Shown: in pieces, positions 49,506 through 59,254 of the stretch
Position numbering within the stretch: the first letter of the stretch is position 1
Layout: every line of letters starts with the position of its first letter
From: a virus
Taxonomy: Duplodnaviria; Caudoviricetes
IMG/VR virus record: IMGVR_UViG_3300032307_000180
Span: 2,045 to 66,044 of that record
Direction: 5' to 3' (one strand)
Length of the DNA: 64,000 nt
Position numbers and translations under genes: made by a program
The notes under the pieces: model-generated
Database searches by the model: none
Told to the model about the DNA's origin: nothing
What the model saw: only the letters and a program-made list of their open reading frames with translations

Positions 49506-49575
49506 TTCTTCAGCTCCTTCAAGATGCACTCAAGGCGATACACAATCACGATGAGGCAGATTAAGATAGCCCAAC

Positions 49576-49809
49576 TCATGGTGTAGGTGCCATCATCTTG
49601 CAATGAAACGGCGTGTTGGCAATACGGAATGTACCAAGCACCTTACAGTCACTAATGATTGAGTCCCATGTATAAATCTTACCCATGGTAAAACCAACTA
49701 TGACGGCAACAATCCACACAGCCGCATACTTCTTCATGTCTGCCCACACTTCCTTAACACCACTAATAAACTTGCGGTCATCAGGCTCTAATTCAACTTG
49801 TAAACTCAT
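49576..49809 (-). CDS. Small membrane protein
   Basis: One TM helix; ATGA coupling. Confidence 0.6.
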   Translation of the reverse strand: MSLQVELEPDDRKFISGVKEVWADMKKYAAVWIVAVIVGFTMGKIYTWDSIISDCKVLGTFRIANTPFHCKMMAPTP

Positions 49810-49997
49810 TTCGCTTTCCTTGTTCGTTTAACTGAGGCAATACCCGATTCGTCTTTCGCTTTACGGGCTTCTAACATGGCATCCGCCATTTCATAACACC
49901 ACTTTGCCTGCTCTTCAAAGTTTGAGGTGGTCTTGACACCTATCAAAGCAAACATGGCAAAGCAATCTCTCAAGTCATCTTCATTCAAAATCTGCAC
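49806..49997 (-). CDS. Hypothetical protein
   Basis: LRDCFAM...YEMADAMLEAR motif. Confidence 0.65.
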   Translation of the reverse strand: MQILNEDDLRDCFAMFALIGVKTTSNFEEQAKWCYEMADAMLEARKAKDESGIASVKRTRKAK

Positions 49998-50160
49998 TCC
50001 CCTACTAAAGTTAATGGGTCAACAGGCATGCACCTGCGAGAAGGTGGCAACACAGTTAGCTTCATACCATCTTGCCCCCTCATGAACTCGCAAGCATCTA
50101 CCTTGGTGGCGAACCTTCTCAGCTCGCCATCCTCGTCACTTACTACGAACCTGTAATCAA

Positions 50161-50724
50161 TCACTGAAAGTAACCCTTCAACACCTCATACACAGCCTTC
50201 GCATCTTTGAGGCTTAGGTCTTGCACAAACATCTCAGGGTTAAATCCTTTTTCAATCTTAATTTCACCTGAAGCTACCTTCTCAAGGGCTTTGTGCTTTA
50301 GTAAATCCAAGGGACTTAGCTCAGGTGTTTCCAAGTTCTTCAACGCTTTGGGCACGTGCGGTTTCTTCTGTTTCTTAGGCTTCATGAGGCGTGGCACACC
50401 TTTTTCTTTGTGGCTATCAACTGTAGTCCAATACACAAACACATGGTCACGCTTACCATCAGGGTTCGGGTTAGGATACTTTCTACGGTCTACCTTACCT
50501 TTTTGATACAAAGATAACAGCGTGGCTGAGGCTCTACCCAAATCAACGTTGGTGTTATCCACCACGTCCGTAGATGTGCAACTTGGGTGGGCTTGAATAA
50601 AATTAAATATCTTTTCAGATATAGTTTCACTCGCTGCCGTTTGGCTAGGGATAGCAGATGTAGTAGCTACGTTGTCCCACTGGTTCAACACCTTGCTTAC
50701 GATTTCAGTTCTTAAGTCGCTCAT
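50161..50724 (-). CDS. Winged-helix-containing protein
   Basis: IFNFIQAHP.CT...ASATLLSLYQKGKVDR; strong RBS. Confidence 0.6.
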   Translation of the reverse strand: MSDLRTEIVSKVLNQWDNVATTSAIPSQTAASETISEKIFNFIQAHPSCTSTDVVDNTNVDLGRASATLLSLYQKGKVDRRKYPNPNPDGKRDHVFVYWTTVDSHKEKGVPRLMKPKKQKKPHVPKALKNLETPELSPLDLLKHKALEKVASGEIKIEKGFNPEMFVQDLSLKDAKAVYEVLKGYFQ

Positions 50725-50726
50725 GT

Positions 50727-51089
50727 TTATTCTCCTTTAAGTGCCTTGATTTGGCGGTTCATATACCACTGTGCTTTCTCTAGGTCTTGCACGATGTCGT
50801 CTTTCTTACCTGCACGAGATGTGTATTTAATGACGTTACCTTTTAGGTAGCCAATAAATTCTTCAGGTGTCAGCTTAGCCTTGATGTAGTCAATCGTTTC
50901 AATCCCACCTACTGTGTAGTGTGGCGGGGCGTTAACCATGTCTGCTTTTGGCTTGACCTTACGTTCTTTGGCTTTGCCTTGGCTTGCTTGATATGCACGC
51001 TCTACCATTGATTCTGCATTTGGTTTCTCACTAGCCTCAAGCCTTTCAGCAGGCGTTAGTTCTTCTTGTGCTACTTGTGTCCAACTCAT
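50727..51089 (-). CDS. DUF3310 (T7 gp1.7/SaV-like) protein
   Basis: DMVN.PPHY..GGIETIDYI, GNVIKY..RAGKK, DLEKAQWY. Confidence 0.85.
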   Translation of the reverse strand: MSWTQVAQEELTPAERLEASEKPNAESMVERAYQASQGKAKERKVKPKADMVNAPPHYTVGGIETIDYIKAKLTPEEFIGYLKGNVIKYTSRAGKKDDIVQDLEKAQWYMNRQIKALKGE

Positions 51090-51422
51090 TTACTTCTCCT
51101 TTGTTAAGTCTAAAAACATACCCTGTTCGGGCAACTCAGCATCTAAAAACATCTTTAGGGTTTCTATGCCCCCTTCGTTCACTAGCACAGCGATGCCACC
51201 TGTGTTCATGATATTTATTAGGTTCTTCTCTTGAAGTGCGGTCGGCTTTCCCTTTCCAGCTTTCGTCTCAATGCCGATAAACTTACCCTTAATGCAGGCG
51301 ACAATATCAGGGACTCCTGACGTGCCAAACCCACCCGTGACGGGGCTAAAGTAATATGCTTCGTGTGAGTTAAGTATCTTTTTAACTGCATCTTTCACCT
51401 TCTTTTCGGGTGTGCTCGCCAT
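51090..51422 (-). CDS. VRR-NUC nuclease / junction resolvase
   Basis: TPEKKVK, GVPDI, GIETKA, PTALQ, GGIAVLVN. Confidence 0.85.
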   Translation of the reverse strand: MASTPEKKVKDAVKKILNSHEAYYFSPVTGGFGTSGVPDIVACIKGKFIGIETKAGKGKPTALQEKNLINIMNTGGIAVLVNEGGIETLKMFLDAELPEQGMFLDLTKEK

Positions 51423-51837
51423 CGTTACGTTCCACTATGTAGTAGATGTCCCCGTCTATCTTCTTGCCAACACCTTCAATGGAAGTGCCATCAGGTGCAA
51501 TCTGCAACACAGAAACTGCGTCACGGATAAACTTGGGTGCATCGGTTAAGTTAATTACTTTCTTTATCTTACTCGATGCACTTGGCATTGTAAAGTCATT
51601 TAATATAACTCTGCCTGAGCCTTTGATTTCAACACGCCATATCTGCTCAAGTGGTATTTCCTGCTGAATCATACGCATAATAGCGTTGACTAGACTAGGT
51701 ATTTCCCCTACGTTCTCAGAGTGATTCCCCTCAATAATACGCATCAGCCTGCTGTCGTATATAACATCAGGTGTTGCTATCGTGTTGTAAGCCTTTTCAA
51801 ATACCTTACTCAAAGCCTCTTTCGCTATCTTGTTCAT
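51382..51837 (-). CDS. Hypothetical protein
   Basis: ATGA overlap; its C-terminus (P.FI...VL....IEGVG) resembles that of the upstream gene. Confidence 0.6.
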   Translation of the reverse strand: MNKIAKEALSKVFEKAYNTIATPDVIYDSRLMRIIEGNHSENVGEIPSLVNAIMRMIQQEIPLEQIWRVEIKGSGRVILNDFTMPSASSKIKKVINLTDAPKFIRDAVSVLQIAPDGTSIEGVGKKIDGDIYYIVERNDGEHTRKEGERCS

Positions 51838-52676
51838 AGAATCACCCAAAACTTGTTGTCATCTGCCTTCATACCCACCTCGTCAATAAATCTTTCTTTA
51901 TCGGATACCATAAGCACAAACAACTTGCCACGCACATCTTCAGGCAACGCATCTGTATTGGGTAAGCTAATAGCCTCATCTTTATCACGTTTGTATACCA
52001 CACCATCGGGTTTAATCCATATAAAACCACGCTCAGGGCTGTAACTCTGATTACGTTCGTAGCTCTCTTTGGTCTCAACCACATACGCCATGGCACTAGC
52101 GATTGAAGCGTTCTTCGGTTTATAACCTTGCTCAACCATGTGAAACAACTCATCACGCAAGTCATCAATAACCCCATGTAGGGAACGTCGCATACCTTGC
52201 CTTGCATCATCACGAATCTGCCCAATGTGAGTGTTAAATGTGCTTATACTTTCCTCAACCACTTCTTTAAGCTGAGTCGGCAATAAGTATTTGAGGGCTT
52301 CCTTCACGATGTTGTTCATGTGCTTAGACTTTTTGGTATGGTGGTCATAGCTACTCCAAGCTGAATACTTAGCGTTCTCAATCAGTCGGCTATTGACTGT
52401 ATACACCTCACCATCAAACCCAACAGCACCAACCACTTGCTCAGGTAAGTTAGCGTAGGCAAGCTGAAGCTCACGATAGGTAGTCACCTGCACATTGTTT
52501 TCAGCGTAGTGTGTTCGTTGTCTTGAACCACCCACCACGATTAGCTCAGGCTTTTTCTTCCTGACCGCATTGAGTATGTCAAGGATTTGTGGCTTGTATA
52601 CAGGTATGTTTTGGTAAAAGTGTTGATGCCCTACCTGCATGGCTACATCATATTCATGTTGTTGTTGTGGGTTCAT
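51834..52676 (-). CDS. Hypothetical early protein
   Basis: Strong RBS; 280-aa ORF. Confidence 0.75.
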   Translation of the reverse strand: MNPQQQHEYDVAMQVGHQHFYQNIPVYKPQILDILNAVRKKKPELIVVGGSRQRTHYAENNVQVTTYRELQLAYANLPEQVVGAVGFDGEVYTVNSRLIENAKYSAWSSYDHHTKKSKHMNNIVKEALKYLLPTQLKEVVEESISTFNTHIGQIRDDARQGMRRSLHGVIDDLRDELFHMVEQGYKPKNASIASAMAYVVETKESYERNQSYSPERGFIWIKPDGVVYKRDKDEAISLPNTDALPEDVRGKLFVLMVSDKERFIDEVGMKADDNKFWVIL

Positions 52677-52686
52677 ACTTTTCTCC

Positions 52687-53706
52687 TTACCATGTCCTAT
52701 ATTTGTCGTTAGTTAATTTACCTAGTTCAACAGGTTCTTCATTAAACGGCTTCTCATACCTGTAAACTTCGTTAGCTATGTGGGTAGCTATTGTTTTTGG
52801 TGTCACCTCTAGCTTTTCATACGCACGAGCTTCAGCGTTCCATCTTTCACGTTGGCATCTGTGCTTGTAATACTGAACTAGCTTGAATGACAACTCATTC
52901 GGCTCACCTGTGAACAAGGCACGCCAACCTTTGCCCAAGCACTCCTGAGCTATCTCACCTGAGATATACAAACCTTCTGTTGATTTTTGGTGTGCCCAAA
53001 ATACAGGCGTGCTATACATACGCATCCTATCTGCTTCAACCAACGGCATCATGACACGCATATACTCTACGAAAGATGATAGTTCTTGGCGAATCGCCTT
53101 GGTCTTACTGCGGTCAAGCGAGCGATGAAACTCACGATGCACAACCAATGGTTTAAAGAACTTCTCAAACGCACCACGAGTAAACACCACATCACCCTTA
53201 TCAAGTGTGTAGAACCTCCAACAGCTTTCGCTATGCCCTTCCTCAGCCTTCACCATCAAATAGTTTTTGCTGTGATACTTATACATACCCATACCATCGG
53301 GTAAGTTGCACCCATAAAAGAAGAATGTAGACGGCACACCTAACTGCTTAGGCATAAGTCGCTTTCTAGATTCCTCGTCACCCCAATACGCTCTCGGTGT
53401 ATGCACAATAACTGTTTCGTTGCCATCGTCATCACGCTTGAATGTAATCGCACGATTGAATGAATGACCATGTTGTTCACGCCATCTGTAAGCGGTGTTA
53501 GTTAAGTAATACTCTTGGTCGCTGACCTTGATGATGCGTTCCCAATCACGGCTACGCTCACCATGCGGTCTAATGTTTTCCGCCTTACGCTTACCACGCA
53601 AAGGCACAGTAGTTTCATACCGCTCTGCTATCTTTTTAAAGTCATAACGCTCTCCGTTATCACGCTGAACTTGCTCAGGACTTCTTCCATATCCACCGAA
53701 ACTCAT
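52687..53706 (-). CDS. Hypothetical early protein
   Basis: Strong RBS; 339-aa ORF. Confidence 0.75.
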   Translation of the reverse strand: MSFGGYGRSPEQVQRDNGERYDFKKIAERYETTVPLRGKRKAENIRPHGERSRDWERIIKVSDQEYYLTNTAYRWREQHGHSFNRAITFKRDDDGNETVIVHTPRAYWGDEESRKRLMPKQLGVPSTFFFYGCNLPDGMGMYKYHSKNYLMVKAEEGHSESCWRFYTLDKGDVVFTRGAFEKFFKPLVVHREFHRSLDRSKTKAIRQELSSFVEYMRVMMPLVEADRMRMYSTPVFWAHQKSTEGLYISGEIAQECLGKGWRALFTGEPNELSFKLVQYYKHRCQRERWNAEARAYEKLEVTPKTIATHIANEVYRYEKPFNEEPVELGKLTNDKYRTW

Positions 53707-53738
53707 GATAATTCCTTTCCATTAAATTAAAAAACGAT

Positions 53739-53753
53739 TCCCTATCATAGGGA
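53739..53753. repeat. Palindromic site copy 1
   Basis: TCCCTATCATAGGGA, intergenic. Confidence 0.9.
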
Positions 53754-54167
53754 TTACCAACTAACTTCTAAACTCCGATGCAATCCAATCCAATCCCAAT
53801 CGGGGTCGCCACCTGTTTGGTGTCCAATGTCATCTTCTTCCTCACCAATACGTCTGAACAAGTAGCTGACCACAGGTTCTTTTATATTGGTTACCCCACC
53901 ATCTACAAAGTTCTTTTCCTGTCTTTCGTTGTATTCATCACACAACTCCATCAGCATATGGTGGCATTTAACATCAGGGTAGTCGGGATACCACTTGACC
54001 GCACAAGCAACAAACCTAATCTCTCGTTCTTCATGCACCACAGTTAGGTCTTCATCTTCAAAGCACGCTCGTGTTTCAGGCTTGGACTTAGCTTCAATTA
54101 GAAACACATTCCATTGACCCTCATCATCAAACTTAATCTTGTATGCGACATCACTTCGGTAGCCCAT
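53754..54167 (-). CDS. Hypothetical early protein
   Basis: MGYRSDV, VKWY, FRRIGEEEDD. Confidence 0.75.
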   Translation of the reverse strand: MGYRSDVAYKIKFDDEGQWNVFLIEAKSKPETRACFEDEDLTVVHEEREIRFVACAVKWYPDYPDVKCHHMLMELCDEYNERQEKNFVDGGVTNIKEPVVSYLFRRIGEEEDDIGHQTGGDPDWDWIGLHRSLEVSW

Positions 54168-54169
54168 GA

Positions 54170-54394
54170 TTATTTCCTTTGAAAAGTTAAACGCACTTGT
54201 TCATTCTCAACAGAGAATCGCTTACCCCCTAGCTCGGTAACTTTTGCTTCGGGGTCTTTAGTAGCCAACTCACATACCAAGTTCGCTAAGGTTTTTGTAT
54301 AGAGAACCGCCTTCCTAATAATCCCCCACAAAATACCGCAACCAACTGTTGCACCTACCGCCCACACCAATAAAAATATCTCAGCTATGCTCAT
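54170..54394 (-). CDS. Small membrane protein
   Basis: RBS GAGGAG; N-terminal TM helix. Confidence 0.6.
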   Translation of the reverse strand: MSIAEIFLLVWAVGATVGCGILWGIIRKAVLYTKTLANLVCELATKDPEAKVTELGGKRFSVENEQVRLTFQRK

Positions 54395-54635
54395 TTGCAA
54401 TCTCCTCAATTAACTTTACGGATTCATAATCTTTAACAACAACAGGGTAAGCAAGCTCAACCCATGCCCTAAACTCTTTCAGCTTATTAACTTCGTCATT
54501 CGCAAGTTCAAGCTGACCTTCAAGCTCATCAAGCTGTTCTTCCATATCAGAACATCGTTCTTCAGCATTACGCAGTTCTTCACGCACGGCTTCATACGAT
54601 TCTTCCAACTCTGCTACATCATCAGCTAAACTCAT
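54381..54635 (-). CDS. Acidic coiled-coil protein
   Basis: Strong RBS; E-rich heptads. Confidence 0.65.
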   Translation of the reverse strand: MSLADDVAELEESYEAVREELRNAEERCSDMEEQLDELEGQLELANDEVNKLKEFRAWVELAYPVVVKDYESVKLIEEIANEHS

Positions 54636-54644
54636 ACCATCTCC

Positions 54645-55820
54645 TTAATCAACATAAATAACTGAGCCTTTAGTCGGCACATCTTTACAGCCGCCGACGA
54701 TTGCCCACAACACAGGGCTTGACCAGTCGCCACCCCAGTCACCACCTACATAGCCATCTGTAAGGACAACGCTACACTCAGGCTTGAGATTATGTTTAGC
54801 CATGTAGTCCGTGATACAGCTAGGACTTGTGCCACCACCGCCCTTGGGTTTGGTAGAACTCATTAGCTTGTCGCCGTCACCCAAGCCATACACCTCATGA
54901 CCCGCTACATTGCTGTCCCAATACAAGAGATGCACTTGCTCAGGGTTCACATTGTTCATGATGCCCACCACTTCGCTGAGAAACTTGTTGATGTCCTCGT
55001 CACGAATAGAACCTGACGTATCTACTGCAATCAAGATACTGCCCATGCTTTCGCTGATTGTGCTTGGCATATACACATCATGTTGCAACCATCTACGGCT
55101 AGGCTTACGCCATGTGGAATCATCTTTACCTGAGCTGACAGAACTCACGAACTCACGCAAGGCTTCACGCCAATCAACCTTGGCACTCATCAAGTCGGTA
55201 AAGCTACGATTAACTGTGCCATTACACTTACCCGCAAGAATCGCACCTTGTCTGATAGCGTTGTCAATTTCCTGTTGTAGTTCCTTGACTTCCTCGGCTG
55301 ACATCTCCTGACCATCTTCCCAACCATGCTCGTCCATAGAACCTTGACCACCGCCACCACCTTGCCCATCATCATCAGGCAACAAGTGAAAGACTGTCTG
55401 ACTGTCCATGCCACGATACTTCTCATCAATCAAGCCACAACTAGGTAGAGCAACGAACCCGCCTGTCGCCTTACCCTCGTCTGCAATCTCAATGTTGATT
55501 ACATAGTCGCAAGCCATGTTAGCTTTACGAGCGTTCTGTTTCCACAAGTGATGCCATGTAGATATGTGGCGATACATCTTATGTTTGTTCTCGTGCAAGA
55601 TAACACCACGCAACTCAGGCTCGGTGAGCGTTGAGATGAACTCTCTGCCATACACCACATCACGCCCATTGGTATACGCAGTTGGACACTTGTCATCAAC
55701 CTTGACTGAACCAATCATCAAGATGCCACTATACGCGACAAAGTTCGGGTGATTCATCAGGTCAATGTGACAGCGTTCAATGCGTTGTTCCGCTGTAAGT
55801 TTACTTATCGTTGTTTGCAT
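54645..55820 (-). CDS. DUF2201 metallopeptidase-vWA protein
   Basis: TAYTNG, ILHENKH (HExxH), NMACDYVIN, MIDAS DTSGS, GGGGT, LTDG. Confidence 0.85.
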   Translation of the reverse strand: MQTTISKLTAEQRIERCHIDLMNHPNFVAYSGILMIGSVKVDDKCPTAYTNGRDVVYGREFISTLTEPELRGVILHENKHKMYRHISTWHHLWKQNARKANMACDYVINIEIADEGKATGGFVALPSCGLIDEKYRGMDSQTVFHLLPDDDGQGGGGGQGSMDEHGWEDGQEMSAEEVKELQQEIDNAIRQGAILAGKCNGTVNRSFTDLMSAKVDWREALREFVSSVSSGKDDSTWRKPSRRWLQHDVYMPSTISESMGSILIAVDTSGSIRDEDINKFLSEVVGIMNNVNPEQVHLLYWDSNVAGHEVYGLGDGDKLMSSTKPKGGGGTSPSCITDYMAKHNLKPECSVVLTDGYVGGDWGGDWSSPVLWAIVGGCKDVPTKGSVIYVD

Positions 55821-55947
55821 CTAACTTCCCCTCACCAATAACAATCATAAAAAACCAAAACATAATCCAAACTGTTTTGACCCTCGTGTTGTATGCGATA
55901 CCTAACGCATACCCTTTCCTATCGTCACCCATTCGTTCAAACTTCAT
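55801..55947 (-). CDS. 48-aa membrane micropeptide (not in ORF track)
   Basis: RBS GGAG, ATGA coupling, contains WIMFWFFMIVI. Confidence 0.55.
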   Translation of the reverse strand: MKFERMGDDRKGYALGIAYNTRVKTVWIMFWFFMIVIGEGKLDANNDK

Positions 55948-56018
55948 TTGCTACTCCCCACAATAGCTAAGAAAATCATAAACAACCAAAAGCTAATCCA
56001 AAATGTATCAATCATCAT
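55944..56018 (-). CDS. 24-aa membrane micropeptide (not in ORF track)
   Basis: MMIDTFWISFWLFMIFLAIVGSSK; ATGA coupling at both ends. Confidence 0.5.
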   Translation of the reverse strand: MMIDTFWISFWLFMIFLAIVGSSK

Positions 56019-57091
56019 GCCCTCGCAAATAAATAGTTGTTGTCGGTAGCCCACTTGATGAACTCCTTGCTTGTGCCTACTGTGCTTGCCTTCTTGGTTC
56101 GCATCACGCTTGTGGCGAATAAGCCCTGTGCTTCCTTGCTGATACGGCTCATGTATTTAACCCAAGCGTTCACGCTGTCCTTCTCAATGCGTTGCACGGC
56201 TGAGTAGACCAACATACACACGGCACTCGGTGAATCAGGCACTTTAGTTGTATCAGGTGCTTTGATGATTGATTCCCAATCAGGCAAGTCGTTCGCGAGT
56301 TTGACCATCGCCATCATGTCGTATGTCGCACGCTGACCGATTGTGCCGATAAGAGCGTGGCTGATGATAGTATCGCCCATGCCCTTGGTCTTACTAAGAA
56401 TGTCACTAGCCTTATCCATAGAGCGTGGCGTCACAAAGCTAGGGCGTGGCATACGAGGGTCATAGATATACTCGTTGTCCTTCGGGTCTTGTATATCTTC
56501 AAATGACTGGAACATCTGAGGGAACTGCTTAACCGCCAAGATAACTTCGGGCAACACACCCGCATCAAGAGCATAGTTTTCAATCCACTCCTCAGCGTTC
56601 GGCTTACGCACCTTGACTACTGAGATACGATTGCGAGCATGGGGTGGTAGATTGTCACCGATACCCTCGGTGGATAGGTTAGTCGTTGCGAACACAATGC
56701 TACCTTTAGGCAGGCTGTATGTGCCAAGCTGTCTTTCCAACATCAAGCGTAAGCAAGCGTTCATAACTGCCTTACTTGCCTTGCCAATCTCGTCAAGCAT
56801 CAACACAATCGGCTTGTCAAAGTGAAAGCCAAACTCCTCGTTCGGAATAAAGCTACATACCTCAACACCATCAATGGTGCGAATCTTCGGCACGAGGAAG
56901 TCACCCACATCTTTAGTGGTCATGTCGCCATAGCAGTAGTGATACTTGTCGCCTAGCTTTTCCTTGATTGATTTGAGGATTGATGACTTGCCAATACCCA
57001 TCTCGCCTTGTGCAAGCACAGTCACCTTGTCACCGATAGCCAAGATTAGGTTAGCCGTTTCCTGTAATGAAATTGATTTGTATAAGTCCAT
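56015..57091 (-). CDS. AAA+ ATPase (MoxR/AAA_5-like)
   Basis: GEMGIGKS Walker A, LMLDE Walker B, TTN sensor, NR finger, TPRS. Confidence 0.9.
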   Translation of the reverse strand: MDLYKSISLQETANLILAIGDKVTVLAQGEMGIGKSSILKSIKEKLGDKYHYCYGDMTTKDVGDFLVPKIRTIDGVEVCSFIPNEEFGFHFDKPIVLMLDEIGKASKAVMNACLRLMLERQLGTYSLPKGSIVFATTNLSTEGIGDNLPPHARNRISVVKVRKPNAEEWIENYALDAGVLPEVILAVKQFPQMFQSFEDIQDPKDNEYIYDPRMPRPSFVTPRSMDKASDILSKTKGMGDTIISHALIGTIGQRATYDMMAMVKLANDLPDWESIIKAPDTTKVPDSPSAVCMLVYSAVQRIEKDSVNAWVKYMSRISKEAQGLFATSVMRTKKASTVGTSKEFIKWATDNNYLFARA

Positions 57092-57116
57092 GTTTACTAC
57101 TCCTTGTCGTGGTTAA

Positions 57117-57995
57117 TTAAAATGCAAACTTGTTTAAAAGACTGTCCACCTTATTCTTGGTGGCTTTACGCAACTCGTCACTCTCACGCAAACTTTGTGC
57201 GTCAATGTGCTTGATGCTTTGTTCTAAGTCATACCTCATCTGTTCAAGCTGAGGGTCTTTCGTGATGTTCAGGTGCTTCAATACTTGGCATAGCTCAACG
57301 GCGTTATCAATCAAGCTATCCCTAAATATTTTTTTGGTGTCACCATCTGCACTACTCAAGCGTTCGCTCATGTGGGTGAGCTGTTCGTGTAAGCGTGTTT
57401 TGGCATCTTGCATGGCTACCTCAACCTTGGACTTGTATGCGTTCTCATAATTCGCACGCAACTCCGCCATGCCTGCCTCACCAATGTCCACACGGAAGTC
57501 GCCACTCTCAGGCACAGGGCTGAATGAATACAGAAAGCCAAACTTATGGGCAATCTTATCCACAGGTGGGTAGTCGTCACGATTGAACAGGTCACCTAAC
57601 TGAAACGCTGACTTCGTGATGAGGGTGTCATACTCCGCCAGAAATGACGTAACCGCTTGTGTAAACATCTTTTCGTATTCTGTGAGGCGTAGCTTGTAGT
57701 CCATGAACAAAGAACTCGGCAACAAGCGAGAGCCTGCATCATTCCAAGGTGAGGTTTGGGTGTAGTGCCAATTACGCACGGCACTTGCAATCTTGCCAAT
57801 CTCAGCGAGCTTCTCACTACCTGCCAAAAGATTCTTGTGGTAGTTGCCTGCCTTGGTCTTGGTCTGCTTGGCTGAATCAATCTCAGCACTCACGGACTTA
57901 TCTAACTTGCGACCTGTCCACACAGAAATGGAAACATCAACCAACATGGCTGATGAACTAATCTTGGAATAGGCATAGTCTTTATCGTTAATCAT
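57117..57995 (-). CDS. DUF3150-like protein
   Basis: SVWTGRKLD, TSPW...GSRLL, FNRDDYP, DFRVD, IFRDS, LNITKDP; typical partner of phage AAA-vWA genes. Confidence 0.6.
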   Translation of the reverse strand: MINDKDYAYSKISSSAMLVDVSISVWTGRKLDKSVSAEIDSAKQTKTKAGNYHKNLLAGSEKLAEIGKIASAVRNWHYTQTSPWNDAGSRLLPSSLFMDYKLRLTEYEKMFTQAVTSFLAEYDTLITKSAFQLGDLFNRDDYPPVDKIAHKFGFLYSFSPVPESGDFRVDIGEAGMAELRANYENAYKSKVEVAMQDAKTRLHEQLTHMSERLSSADGDTKKIFRDSLIDNAVELCQVLKHLNITKDPQLEQMRYDLEQSIKHIDAQSLRESDELRKATKNKVDSLLNKFAF

Positions 57996-58014
57996 GATTA
58001 CTTTCCTTAGTTAA

Positions 58015-58029
58015 TCCCTATCATAGGGA
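58015..58029. repeat. Palindromic site copy 2
   Basis: TCCCTATCATAGGGA between the promoter and RBS of the DUF3150-like gene. Confidence 0.9.
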
Positions 58030-58068
58030 ATTGGTTAAACAAAACATACATAACTCTACTTATACTAC

Positions 58069-58097
58069 ATTATAACAGGTTTACTTAACAGTATCAA
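58069..58097 (-). promoter_or_regulatory. Early sigma70 promoter
   Basis: TTGATA-17-TATAAT with extended TG, followed by GTAGT. Confidence 0.7.
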
Positions 58098-58320
58098 GCC
58101 ACACCATGAAGCTATACACCAACACCAATGGCAAGCCAACCGCCAACATACCAACCACCATCTCAACAAAGAACTTGATGCCCTTCTGAGTATCGGTTTC
58201 ACAACGCCATATCGGTGTGGCATAGTCGGCAGTCTTGAACGCTTCATCTAGTGAGCGTGGTGTTGCGTGTAAGTTTTTATACACTTGTCTGTAATCGTTG
58301 TTCATGTTCGTTCCTTTCAT
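58081..58320 (-). CDS. Small membrane protein
   Basis: PRSLDEAF; C-terminal TM helix. Confidence 0.65.
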   Translation of the reverse strand: MKGTNMNNDYRQVYKNLHATPRSLDEAFKTADYATPIWRCETDTQKGIKFFVEMVVGMLAVGLPLVLVYSFMVWLDTVK

Positions 58321-58607
58321 TTAGGTATTTCTAAGTTGTTTGCTTGTATGTAAATGTCTGCCATCTCAGGCTCAAGCACAGTCACATTGTGTAGGTATAG
58401 CTCAGGCAAAGGTAGCTTAGTCCATCTACATTCTTCACCAATCCTAACTGGGGTTATCACTCTGATTGGGTAGCTTGGTTTCCATGCATCGAGGTAATGA
58501 AGTTTAGAACCCGCAAAGTTTATCTCTGAGATTCTGCACAGTCTGTCATCACCCCTAAACTTAACCAAGCACCACTTACCCACTAGGTCTTGCATCTCAA
58601 AGTTCAT
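58317..58607 (-). CDS. Hypothetical early protein
   Basis: RBS; ATGA coupling. Confidence 0.65.
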   Translation of the reverse strand: MNFEMQDLVGKWCLVKFRGDDRLCRISEINFAGSKLHYLDAWKPSYPIRVITPVRIGEECRWTKLPLPELYLHNVTVLEPEMADIYIQANNLEIPK

Positions 58608-58858
58608 GACATACTTCCTCCTTCATTGGCTTTTAACCATAGGTCAATTACTGCTTCGTCCACAAAAATTAAATCTTCTACTAACTCGTAGCGAATATAC
58701 CCGCCCCAATCCCATACGGGCTCATCATAATCAGTAAGTGCGGGCATCTTGATATATGTGTTCACCGCCAACCATCTGTAATGGTCGGTTTCGTAATCAT
58801 AGACAGTTCTCACCAACGATTTACCCACCATAGCTAGGCTATGCTTCTTCACTTTCAC
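58604..58858 (-). CDS. Hypothetical early protein
   Basis: Overlap-coupled. Confidence 0.6.
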   Translation of the reverse strand: MKVKKHSLAMVGKSLVRTVYDYETDHYRWLAVNTYIKMPALTDYDEPVWDWGGYIRYELVEDLIFVDEAVIDLWLKANEGGSMS

Positions 58859-59042
58859 GCTTACCCCCTAACTCATACCCAAATACAAAATACAAGGGAT
58901 TGAATGACTTGATGACTTCACGCTTTTGGTGTGGGGTGTGGGCGTTCAAGAACTCAGTCAGCATACGCATGGACTGTTGTTGTCTGATTTTGTTGGTCTT
59001 ACGCTGAGCCCACTCGCCATGTCGGCTTTTGTTTTCACTCAT
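58839..59042 (-). CDS. Hypothetical early protein
   Basis: RBS GGAGG; ATGA coupling. Confidence 0.6.
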   Translation of the reverse strand: MSENKSRHGEWAQRKTNKIRQQQSMRMLTEFLNAHTPHQKREVIKSFNPLYFVFGYELGGKRESEEA

Positions 59043-59254
59043 TTGATTAGCCCTCCTTTGTTGTTGATGCCCTTGAGGTCATCACGATTGAAACACGCAA
59101 CATAGTTGCTCTTGTGCATAGGCACTACTGTGAACTTGCGTTCGTGTGCTAGCTCGTCACCACAGTTTAGGCATACCGCTATACCTAGCTTGGTGAATCT
59201 TTCAGGCGGGAAAATTCCATCGCCACATATCTTACAGGTCGGTTTGAACTTCAT
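59039..59254 (-). CDS. Small zinc-finger early protein
   Basis: CKIC-x14-CLNC; VVPMHKSNY; strong RBS. Confidence 0.7.
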   Translation of the reverse strand: MKFKPTCKICGDGIFPPERFTKLGIAVCLNCGDELAHERKFTVVPMHKSNYVACFNRDDLKGINNKGGLIK

